In this document: positions 18,915 to 27,992 of the stretch, piece by piece | How positions within the stretch are numbered: the stretch's first letter is position 1 | Layout: each line of letters starts with the position of its first letter | NCBI GenBank assembly: GCA_963693055.1 | Contig: OY843751.1 | Location: 3,104,001-3,168,000, forward strand | DNA length: 64,000 bases | Direction: 5' to 3' | Origin: a bacterium | GTDB taxonomy: Bacteria; Zhuqueibacterota; Zhuqueibacteria; Residuimicrobiales; Krinioviventaceae | Notes under the pieces: model-generated | Seen by the model: only the letters and a program-made list of their open reading frames with translations | Database searches by the model: none | Told to the model about the DNA's origin: nothing | Translations under genes and position numbers: made by a program

Positions 18915-20963
18915 TTATCCCCTGTAATGAGATGAATTGTTTTGAGCATAAGGGCTGATGATAGGAATTTGAATTTCATCACCAGGTTTAAGATTATTCC
19001 ATTTCAAATCTTTATTATAATATGCTACAAGCCAATACGGAACATTGAATTTGTATTTGCAGAGATACCAAATATTATCTCCCGACTTTATCTGATAATT
19101 TTTTGTTCCAACAATGGAATAATCAGTATAGAATTTTTTCTGAAGATTATCATGAAATTCAAGACGTTTAGATTTAAAATTTTCTTTTGATTGATTTGCA
19201 AAATCAATCCTCAACTTTTGGCCAACATGAATGCTACTTTTATAACTAATGCGGTTCAACTTGCGGAGATGTCTTGAAGACACATTCAACCAATCAGCAT
19301 AATGACCAAGAGTTTCATTTGGTAAAACAGTGATCCATTTTGAATTCTGAATTTCAAGATTTAAAGATTTTTTTATATGTTCAAATGGAACAACCATATT
19401 TTCCGCAAACTCTTTTGGTAATTCGGGTCCCAAATGGTTTGTATTGGTATATGCAAAAAACATTGAATCCGGGGCATTTCTTACAATTGCTTTGGATTGA
19501 TTTATTGACCGCTTGGTTGAAATTCTCGGACTTTTAGGTTTTTCCGGCTTTACATTATTGCCTGCAACCATTATAGATGCTTTTCCAGTATGAGCTTGTT
19601 TCTCCTGAATATGCTCAGGATTAATAAAATCATAAAATCCAGGGTCAGAAATTTTTGTTTGAATGCTTGTAAATGCGAAATTTGCAGGTAGAGCGTCTTT
19701 TACATGAAATACAAAAGTAGAAGATTGTGTCATGGTAGCTAAATCTGTCAACAAATAAGAATAATCATTCAACTGCACCCATTGATCCAGATCATTATTA
19801 AACTTTGAATAAACACCAGAGTATAAAAGATAAGGATCATAATGAAACAATTCGGGTATACGAAGTTCAAAATCTTTAGGTAATTGTCGGGAAGAATCCA
19901 CAACCTTTTTGTGTAGCGCCGGATTCAACTCTAAAATACTTGAAGAGTTTAAACCCAATTTTTGACTGATTGTTTTTATAGTCGCAGTTTCAGGTACTTT
20001 GAATAATGTATAGGTATCCGGTTTTTCGAATTCCAAAGTACCAAAATAATGCTGATAATTTTGACGGACTCTGATTGCTGCTACAAATTCAGCATAAAAA
20101 TTCTTGGACGCAAAACCAAATGTTCTGCTTTTATAATTCTCAACTATTACGCCAATGTCTTTGGTATTATATCTCTTCATGGCACGTTTCATTCCATTGG
20201 GTCCATGATTATAAGCAGTAATAGCCAATGGCCAGGAACCCAATAGTTGATAATTGCTCTTCAATAATCGGGCAGCAGCATCAGAAGCGGCAAAAGGATC
20301 TAATCGTTCATCTTCATAATGATTGATGTTCATATAAAGACGACCGGTTGAACGCATAAACTGCCAAACTCCACTTGCTCCATACTTGGAATATGCTCTG
20401 TTGGCAAAAGAAGATTCCACATGCGGCAGATAAACCAATTCATCTGGTAAACCATATTTTTTAAATATAGCCTTAAATTCAGGAAGATATTTGCCGGAGC
20501 GTTGAATACCAGCGATAAAGTCTTCTTTTAGACCTCTTTGTCCTCTAATATTTTGAATGGCTTTTTTATATTTGTCGGAAGAATTGTCTTCAATCCATAA
20601 TAAATATACTGAAAACTCTTCATCTGACAAGGAGGAAATATCAACAGATCCCATTTTATCTAGTTTATTTAATATCGCTTGATACCTGTCAATTATAACA
20701 TTTATCTTTTTCCATTTTGTACGCATGGAGGCTTCAGGACTAAAATAATCATTCAAATTCACAATTTCATAAACAACATCCGGATGATTAGAGTCATGAA
20801 TAACGACTTCCTGTTTTGAATACAAGGAGAAAATACGCACCCAAAATTCTACATTGGGTTCCAATTGTTTAGGCACGGGGAATTGAGGGTTTGCAAAGGA
20901 AATTGATATCCAGCAAAGTATTAAAACGATGATATTATAATGTTTTCGAGTATCCATTTTCAC
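18915..20963 (-). CDS. Lytic transglycosylase (MltD-like SLT domain plus LysM domains)
   Basis: LPHVESSF, GASGVWQFM, TAYNHG. LysM repeats (TVLPNETL, YQIKSGDNIW...LKPGDEIQIP). Signal peptide. Confidence 0.9.
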   Translation of the reverse strand: MKMDTRKHYNIIVLILCWISISFANPQFPVPKQLEPNVEFWVRIFSLYSKQEVVIHDSNHPDVVYEIVNLNDYFSPEASMRTKWKKINVIIDRYQAILNKLDKMGSVDISSLSDEEFSVYLLWIEDNSSDKYKKAIQNIRGQRGLKEDFIAGIQRSGKYLPEFKAIFKKYGLPDELVYLPHVESSFANRAYSKYGASGVWQFMRSTGRLYMNINHYEDERLDPFAASDAAARLLKSNYQLLGSWPLAITAYNHGPNGMKRAMKRYNTKDIGVIVENYKSRTFGFASKNFYAEFVAAIRVRQNYQHYFGTLEFEKPDTYTLFKVPETATIKTISQKLGLNSSSILELNPALHKKVVDSSRQLPKDFELRIPELFHYDPYLLYSGVYSKFNNDLDQWVQLNDYSYLLTDLATMTQSSTFVFHVKDALPANFAFTSIQTKISDPGFYDFINPEHIQEKQAHTGKASIMVAGNNVKPEKPKSPRISTKRSINQSKAIVRNAPDSMFFAYTNTNHLGPELPKEFAENMVVPFEHIKKSLNLEIQNSKWITVLPNETLGHYADWLNVSSRHLRKLNRISYKSSIHVGQKLRIDFANQSKENFKSKRLEFHDNLQKKFYTDYSIVGTKNYQIKSGDNIWYLCKYKFNVPYWLVAYYNKDLKWNNLKPGDEIQIPIISPYAQNNSSHYRG

Positions 20964-21096
20964 CCACAGTTTTAACCAGTCAGTTCATTAGCTCAATACA
21001 TTAAGTATTTGTGGATGAGCTTTCATATTTTATTATATATACATAAAAAATATAAATTTGCAATAATATATACTACAAATTTATAAAAATTAATCA

Positions 21097-21112
21097 TGCA
21101 ACAATAATACCA
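21097..21112 (-). promoter_or_regulatory. Candidate sigma54 promoter for the lytic transglycosylase operon
   Basis: Minus strand TGGTATTATTGTTGCA: GG-N10-GC with TTGCA -12 box, in the intergenic region upstream of 20963. Confidence 0.6.
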
Positions 21113-21151
21113 CGTTAAAGGGTATTTGCGGAACAATTTAAGATAAGAAAA

Positions 21152-21619
21152 TCAGCTAAAAGGATCAATATCTATTTCGTCCCAATCTGCCTTATCCTTT
21201 GCCAAAAAGACATCGATGAATTGAGGAAAGTTTTGAATAATATTTTTCACAATTTGCAAGAGCGATTCTTTGTCATATTCTTCCAGCTGCTTTAAAATAT
21301 TTGCAACATTTACAAAATCTTTACCATCAAAGATCCAGGAATACAACAAGGCAACAGCATGAGTACAAATTTGCCGGGATTCTGAACAAGTACAGGTAGA
21401 TGATATTTCATTCTGATGCAAGCTAACTTGTACATCATGACCTTGAACAAAAGTACCTACACTTCCTAACAATTTATTTCGATAGACTGTGGCGCGTTTT
21501 ATCTCACAGGATTCGTAAAATTCACGGGTTTTACCATCTGTAACATCTCTGTCAAACAGTTCAACGTTCTCAAGAGTCAGTCCTTTTAATTCTTTTGAAA
21601 TCTCATTATCTATATTCAT
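21152..21619 (-). CDS. SWIM zinc finger protein
   Basis: CTC...ICTHAVALL (CxC-xn-CxH SWIM motif). Confidence 0.8.
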   Translation of the reverse strand: MNIDNEISKELKGLTLENVELFDRDVTDGKTREFYESCEIKRATVYRNKLLGSVGTFVQGHDVQVSLHQNEISSTCTCSESRQICTHAVALLYSWIFDGKDFVNVANILKQLEEYDKESLLQIVKNIIQNFPQFIDVFLAKDKADWDEIDIDPFS

Positions 21620-21628
21620 AATATTCTC

Positions 21629-22561
21629 TTAATGACTAAGGAATTCTTGCATTTTCTTTTTACGCTTTTTCAATTCTGAAATTTTCCCCTTTGCTTCTTG
21701 AGCAAATTCACCTTCAGGTTCGGTTTTAAGAACAAGTTCAAACTCGCTTATAGCATTGTCATATTCATCACGGTCTTTTTTATTGTACGACATGCCCATA
21801 TAATAATGTGGTTCTGCGCGTTCAGGAAATAATGCAGATGCATAACCAAATGCAACAATAGCATCCCATAGTCCGTTTTTATCTCCTTTTCGATATAATG
21901 GTAATGCAGTAACCATATACTTTTGATATTTTGCTTCTTTATAATCGGGTTTTAATTCAAGGGCTTTATCTATCTCTTTCATTGCATTTCGATATTGTTT
22001 CTTTTTCTTGAAAGCAATACCTGAATGCAAATGTTCAGATGCTTTATCTTTGGACTGCTCAAGAGAATTCAACTTGACAGCTATATTTACCGAATCCGCA
22101 GAATTTATAATTTTTTCATACCAACTTTTTGCATCTTCATGACGGCCAGCTTGAAGATAAGATTCTGCAATTTTTTTAATAATCAATGTACTGTTGGGAT
22201 CATATGATAATGCATCTTTATATTGTTCTATAGCTTTATAATAATCGTTTTTTTGATAGAGACTATCACCTTTTACTGCAAGAATTCTGGCTACTTTTTC
22301 TTTTGAAACTGCATCATCAGGCAAATAAGACAATATATCTTTATAAAAAACATAGCTACTATCCAGGTTTTTCAATTTCATATAAGAATCTGCAATCAAT
22401 TTCATTGCATCAGTATTTGTAGAATCCTTTAAAAGTGCAGTTTTACAAATAGAAATGGTTTGACGATAATCACCTGACTCATATAATGTATTTGCTTGTT
22501 TTAACGGTGTACAAGCAATGAATATTAATAAAAAAATCCCAAAATATTTTAAAAACTTCAT
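21629..22561 (-). CDS. TPR lipoprotein
   Basis: Lipobox FIAC followed by multiple TPR repeats (YYKAIEQYKDALSYDP, ALELKPDY). Confidence 0.85.
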   Translation of the reverse strand: MKFLKYFGIFLLIFIACTPLKQANTLYESGDYRQTISICKTALLKDSTNTDAMKLIADSYMKLKNLDSSYVFYKDILSYLPDDAVSKEKVARILAVKGDSLYQKNDYYKAIEQYKDALSYDPNSTLIIKKIAESYLQAGRHEDAKSWYEKIINSADSVNIAVKLNSLEQSKDKASEHLHSGIAFKKKKQYRNAMKEIDKALELKPDYKEAKYQKYMVTALPLYRKGDKNGLWDAIVAFGYASALFPERAEPHYYMGMSYNKKDRDEYDNAISEFELVLKTEPEGEFAQEAKGKISELKKRKKKMQEFLSH

Positions 22562-22587
22562 CTATCCTCTTTTTTCCCATCCATGTT

Positions 22588-22665
22588 AAAAAAAATACCG
22601 AGACGTCCTGACAATCGGTTTAGGGGGGTCACCAATTGCGGGGGGTGGACGCTCGGTATTACAAT
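22588..22665 (-). ncRNA. Candidate small RNA or leader attenuator with two C6 tracts
   Basis: GC-rich island. Outer stem AATACCGAG-CGTCC/GGACG-T-CTCGGTATT, inner stem CAATTGGT/ACCGATTG, T8 tail. Upstream TTGCGT-N17-TAAATT promoter at 22672-22700. Confidence 0.55.
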
Positions 22666-22723
22666 CAAATCAATTTAACATTTTAATTCCAGAAACGCAA
22701 TAGCTTTTTAAACAAGTTACGAT

Positions 22724-23377
22724 TTAATTCAATTCTACAAGTTGAGATTTTATTGCATATTTGACAAGGGCTGCAAAACTATCCAATTCTAATTTTTCCA
22801 TAATACGATAACGATGCGTTTCAACAGTTTTTATAGAAACATGAAGCATTTCGGCTACTTGTTTATTGCTATAACCTTCTGCAAGCAATTTAAGGACCTG
22901 TGCCTCTCTATTTGTAAGCGGACTCTCAACGGATGTGCCGGTTAAATTTGTATCAGACACCCAGGCACTGACAATTTGACGAGAAATTGGTGGGCTAAGA
23001 TACATCTCTCCACGTGTCACCTGTTGAATTGCTGTCATGAGTTCTTCAGATGCAGAATTTTTCAACAAATAGCCTGAAGCACCATTCTTTAGACTTTGTT
23101 TAATATATTCTTCATGGTCATACATACTTAGAACAAGAATTTTCGTTTCAGGTGAAACTGCTTTAATTTCCATTATTGCTTCTACCCCTCTTAATTTGGG
23201 CATAGAAATATCAATAATCATTATATCCGGATGATGTTCTTGAGCAAGCTCAATTGCTTCATATCCATTACCACCTTCTGCAATTACTGAAACATCGGGA
23301 AAGGTCATTAACAATTGTCGTAAACCTTCCCTGACCATTGTATGGTCATCTACTAAAATAATGCTATATTTTGCCAT
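22724..23377 (-). CDS. NarL/LuxR-family response regulator
   Basis: REC domain (LVDDH, DISMP) plus LuxR HTH (LTNREAQVL...SIKTVETHR). Confidence 0.95.
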   Translation of the reverse strand: MAKYSIILVDDHTMVREGLRQLLMTFPDVSVIAEGGNGYEAIELAQEHHPDIMIIDISMPKLRGVEAIMEIKAVSPETKILVLSMYDHEEYIKQSLKNGASGYLLKNSASEELMTAIQQVTRGEMYLSPPISRQIVSAWVSDTNLTGTSVESPLTNREAQVLKLLAEGYSNKQVAEMLHVSIKTVETHRYRIMEKLELDSFAALVKYAIKSQLVELN

Positions 23378-26300
23378 GATCCCCTTTGGTTATTGGAACA
23401 CTTGCTATAATTGTAGTACCATTACCAGGTGTCGAGTTTATATTAAACTCTCCTTCTAAAAAGTCAACACGTTCCTGCATACCGATAATACCAAAATGTA
23501 AGGAACCATCAATCTTTTTATGGTTTAAAACATCAAAACCAATGCCATCATCAATTATGGATAGAGTAATGTGATCATTTTTTTTATAAAGTTCAATAAA
23601 AACTTGATTTGCCTTTGCATATTTCAACACATTATTTAAAGCTTCCTGGATAATTCTATAAAATGAAATTTCTGCTTCTTTAGTTAAGTATTCTTTTACA
23701 GATTCTGTTTTCACTTTAACCTTAATCCCCCATTTCCCTGAAAATTCTTTGGCAAAATCCTTAATCGCGATCTCTAAACCAAAATCATCAAGCAATTGTG
23801 GACGTAGTTCACTACAAAGATTTCTGGCTTCAATTATTGCTTTGTTAAGTGTTGATTTTGATTCAGTTAGCATTTTTTTGGCTTTATCAACATTACTATC
23901 CAACGATGATGATACTGTACTGATCTCAAATTTTAGTGCAGTTAGCATTTGACCTAACGAGTCATGAATCTCTCTTGAAATTTTCTCTCGTTCTTCTTCC
24001 TGAAATTGTACAAGTCTGGCAGAAAATTTTCGGCTGGCATCAATAGCTTTTATCTGATCAGTAATGTCTATATTCATGCCAATATAACCAATTATAGAAT
24101 TATCCAAAGTAATAATAGGACTGAGTATAAGCTTATAAACTAAAACATCTTCATCGCTGCCTATAAAAAATTCATTTACAACCGAAGTATTGACCTTTTT
24201 AATTTCATTAATTGACAATTCTATTGCTTCAACAAATTCATATTGATGTAACACATCAGCTGGTCTTTTTTTAAGTATATTACCCCATTTATTAATAAAT
24301 TGGTTATTGGCGTTTTGAAAATGACCATGTACACTCATACTGAAAATTTCATAAGGTATATTTTTAAACAAAGTTCTATATCTCGCTTCACTATTTTTCA
24401 ATTCTCGTTCAGCATATTTTTGTTTCGAAATATCCTTAATAAATCCTTCTATCCCCTTTACAATACCATTTTCAACAACACGTCTGGCATTGAATCCTAT
24501 CCAATATGGACGTCCATATTCATTTACCAATTCGAGTTGATGCCATTTAATACTCTTGCCCCCCATTACCTGTCCATACATTTTTTTAATATAATCCATT
24601 TTAGGGTCGTGGTAATAATGCGCAAAATCTTTAGACTTTATCTGTTCCAAAGTTAACCCTAAAATTTTTTCACACGCTTCATTTAAATACTCTACATGCT
24701 CATCTTTGTTGATAAAGAAATAACCATCAATTGATCGCTCAATACTATTACGGAATCGAAGTTCTGATTCTTTAATCACCTGTTCAACCTGACGAAGTTT
24801 TGACACATCCATTATAATGCCACGTAAACCAATCACGGTATTATCTCTCAAAATTGGAGATGAACGCATTATTACCGGAAATTTGGTTTTATCTTTACGG
24901 AGAGCAGTATATTCATGCGTCATGGTACCCTGGTTGCTCAAGTTTTTAATACTTTTTCTGGCCTTTTCTCGATCAGACTCTATGAATAAATCAAACAGGT
25001 AAAAATCATTTTCAAATTCATTATGACTAAATCCGGTTACATGTTCTGCATGCTGATTCACAAAATTTAACTTGCCATCAATGTCTATTTCAAAAACAAT
25101 TTCCGGCAACAGCTCTGCTAGTTCTCGGAAACGTTCTTCACTGGATCTCAACTCTGCTTCAATTCGTTTTTGTTCATTTATATCACGGCCAACCCCAAGT
25201 ATTGCATTAATTTCTCCATTATTATCCATTATTGCAGTATCAATCCACGAGAACCAACGCCAACCATTTACTGTCATTGCCCGTTGTTCCACATAACATT
25301 TAAAGGGTGGACTGAACAATTTCTCCATTTCTTTGGCGGTATGTTCACGATCATCTTTATGCACAAGTGGGAAAAAGCTATTTCCTAAAAGCTCTTTTTC
25401 TGTTTTACCAAAAGTTTTGCAATATGAAGGACTAACAAATTGAAATTTGTTATGCAGATCAATTTTAACAACAAGATCAGCTTGATTTTCTACAAGAATT
25501 TGGTATATTTCTTTGCTTTCAACCAGTTCTGCTTCAATTTTTTTCCGTTCAGTAATATCCCTCGCTATGCCCAACACCGCATAATAATCACCATTTTCAT
25601 CTATTATGGGAACCAATTGTGTACCCAACCATACTTCCTTATTCGGCATATCAGATTGGTGCTCAAAATATAAAGTTTTACCGGTTTTCAACGCCAATTG
25701 TAAACGGCTTAATTGACGTTCAGATGCCTTAAAATCAAAATATTTTTTACGGGATTGCCCCATCATTTCTTCAGGATGGATTCCAAAATTTGATGCAGCA
25801 TAATCATTTACATATATGATGATATCATTTCTATCCACTATAAAGATATTGTCTTTTGCTGCCTCTGCAAGTGTCCTATAGCGTTTTTCACTTTCAACCA
25901 ATTTCCCCAAAATATCTTTTTCAAGAGTAACATCACGCATTAAACCGGTTATTGCAAATGGTTTATCATTCTGGTCGGTCAAAATGGTTGCATCCACTTC
26001 AACAGTAATTCTCACGCCATCTTTTCGTAAAAGATTATATTCAATATTGGTATATGAACCTTTAGTGTATAACTTGTCAAGATTTTTTTCAGCAAACTCG
26101 CGTTGTTCTGGTACTATAAAATCAACAAAGCGTTTATTCTCTTCAATTAATTCTTCCCTGCTTGAATATCCCAACAACTCGGCACATTTTTTATTAATTT
26201 GTATAACACGTCCTTCAAGGTCTGTTAATGCAATGCCCAACAATGAAGAATCAACCAGAGATCTATATTTTTTTTCATTATCAACAAGATCTTGCTTTAT

Positions 26301-27893
26301 TCTTTTTTTATCAGTTATGTCCTTGAAAAAAGCAAGCAAGCCTATAAATTCCTGGTTACGGTTCAACAATACAGATGTATTGGTTTCAATTCTCCTTTCA
26401 TCACCAGAAATATTCTTTACACTATACTCAGAATTTAATGGTTTACGAGTCTCTAATACGCTTGCAATATTTTTCTTTGCAAGTTCGAATTGATCAGGTA
26501 GTAAAAAATCAAAAATACTGAATTTGTCTGGTTGAGCATGATCCGCTGAATCATAACCTATCATATTAACAGCAAACTGATTTAAATGTTGAAATACTCC
26601 ATTATCATCAAAAATACCTATACCAATTGGAGCATTTTCAACTAATTGTTGAAAGTGTAGTTCCTGATCAAGGAGTGTATCATACATTTGGTTTCGAAAG
26701 AAATAAATTTTAATCATGTCTGCAAAAACCTGAAACAAATTTATTTCAAAAGCCATCCACTCCCTACTACGCTTAACTTCATCAAAGAAAATAATCCCCA
26801 AAAGCTTTTTGTCAATAACCAATGGAAGAACAATTTGAGATTGTACACCCATTTCCTGCAATACACTTTTGATATATTGAGCATTAGGTGGCAATTGATT
26901 TACATCAGAAATGACAATAACTCGTTCTGAGAATAATTTTTCTCTACCCCACTCAAAGGGTTTAAATTTTAGATCAAGCAATTGTTCACGAATTGACAAT
27001 TCGCCTTCTTTACACCATTCGAATAAATTGGAGACGTGATTTTTATCATTAAAGGTAACAACGGTTACTCTGTCAACATTTACTGTTTTTCCCATCTCGC
27101 CAATACAATACTCAAAGTCATCAGTATCAAATAATATTTGAGTAATATTTGCAATTGTTTGATCAATATTTATAAACCTGTCTATAATGCGACCATGAGA
27201 ATATTTATGGGAAATATTCTGTGCAACAGCTATCATGCCTACCGTGACATCTTTTTTAACAGGCATACATTTCGTTTCAAACCATTGCGTTTGATTATTA
27301 TCCGTTTCTATATCATATATAAATTTAAATTCTTTGGAATCATCTATCAGATTTTGAAAATCCTTATCAATATTACGACCAAGTGATTTTTTCAATAAAT
27401 CAATAAAATTTTTCTCATATAATTCATGGTGGGATGATTGCATTTGGAAACAAAAAGCATTATTTGCAAAAATAATCTTGCCCGCAAGATCTGTTATAAA
27501 GACCGCTTCTTCTAACTGGTCTGTTAAATTCAAAAATGCAGAACGTATATTCCCTAACTCAAATAATTCATGAGCATGTTTTGGAGAAAAATAACAGATA
27601 ATGAATTCAATCTCATCATTAATTATCTTATTATAATCAAGCTTGTAAACTTGATCAGTATTAACAAAATCAATGGACTGTGGAGAATTGGTTAAAAAAT
27701 CAAGTTTAATGTTAAATAACTCTTCAATACCAGAACCCAACCAGGGAACACTATTATCAATAATAATTGACTCAAAATTTAAATTTGCCCCTAAAATCAT
27801 CCCCTTTAAATCAGTAATACAAGCCGGAACAGGTGAATTTTCAAGTATTAACAAATAATTAGAAATAAATGGGTTCTTGTTTTTTGTTGTCAT
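23364..27893 (-). CDS. Cytoplasmic multi-PAS/GAF histidine kinase (HisKA_3, NarX/UhpB type)
   Basis: About nine PAS/PAC repeats and one GAF. EEEREKISREIHDSLGQ, QEALNNVLKYA, DDGIGFD, GIIGMQER. No TM segment. Confidence 0.93.
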   Translation of the reverse strand: MTTKNKNPFISNYLLILENSPVPACITDLKGMILGANLNFESIIIDNSVPWLGSGIEELFNIKLDFLTNSPQSIDFVNTDQVYKLDYNKIINDEIEFIICYFSPKHAHELFELGNIRSAFLNLTDQLEEAVFITDLAGKIIFANNAFCFQMQSSHHELYEKNFIDLLKKSLGRNIDKDFQNLIDDSKEFKFIYDIETDNNQTQWFETKCMPVKKDVTVGMIAVAQNISHKYSHGRIIDRFINIDQTIANITQILFDTDDFEYCIGEMGKTVNVDRVTVVTFNDKNHVSNLFEWCKEGELSIREQLLDLKFKPFEWGREKLFSERVIVISDVNQLPPNAQYIKSVLQEMGVQSQIVLPLVIDKKLLGIIFFDEVKRSREWMAFEINLFQVFADMIKIYFFRNQMYDTLLDQELHFQQLVENAPIGIGIFDDNGVFQHLNQFAVNMIGYDSADHAQPDKFSIFDFLLPDQFELAKKNIASVLETRKPLNSEYSVKNISGDERRIETNTSVLLNRNQEFIGLLAFFKDITDKKRIKQDLVDNEKKYRSLVDSSLLGIALTDLEGRVIQINKKCAELLGYSSREELIEENKRFVDFIVPEQREFAEKNLDKLYTKGSYTNIEYNLLRKDGVRITVEVDATILTDQNDKPFAITGLMRDVTLEKDILGKLVESEKRYRTLAEAAKDNIFIVDRNDIIIYVNDYAASNFGIHPEEMMGQSRKKYFDFKASERQLSRLQLALKTGKTLYFEHQSDMPNKEVWLGTQLVPIIDENGDYYAVLGIARDITERKKIEAELVESKEIYQILVENQADLVVKIDLHNKFQFVSPSYCKTFGKTEKELLGNSFFPLVHKDDREHTAKEMEKLFSPPFKCYVEQRAMTVNGWRWFSWIDTAIMDNNGEINAILGVGRDINEQKRIEAELRSSEERFRELAELLPEIVFEIDIDGKLNFVNQHAEHVTGFSHNEFENDFYLFDLFIESDREKARKSIKNLSNQGTMTHEYTALRKDKTKFPVIMRSSPILRDNTVIGLRGIIMDVSKLRQVEQVIKESELRFRNSIERSIDGYFFINKDEHVEYLNEACEKILGLTLEQIKSKDFAHYYHDPKMDYIKKMYGQVMGGKSIKWHQLELVNEYGRPYWIGFNARRVVENGIVKGIEGFIKDISKQKYAERELKNSEARYRTLFKNIPYEIFSMSVHGHFQNANNQFINKWGNILKKRPADVLHQYEFVEAIELSINEIKKVNTSVVNEFFIGSDEDVLVYKLILSPIITLDNSIIGYIGMNIDITDQIKAIDASRKFSARLVQFQEEEREKISREIHDSLGQMLTALKFEISTVSSSLDSNVDKAKKMLTESKSTLNKAIIEARNLCSELRPQLLDDFGLEIAIKDFAKEFSGKWGIKVKVKTESVKEYLTKEAEISFYRIIQEALNNVLKYAKANQVFIELYKKNDHITLSIIDDGIGFDVLNHKKIDGSLHFGIIGMQERVDFLEGEFNINSTPGNGTTIIASVPITKGDHGKI

Positions 27894-27992
27894 TTGAATA
27901 CTCGATAATTGTTATTATATTTTATATAAATATGATAATCTTAATTTTGACAAATTGCAATTCAATTATAAGGTAAAATCACCGGGATCTAT

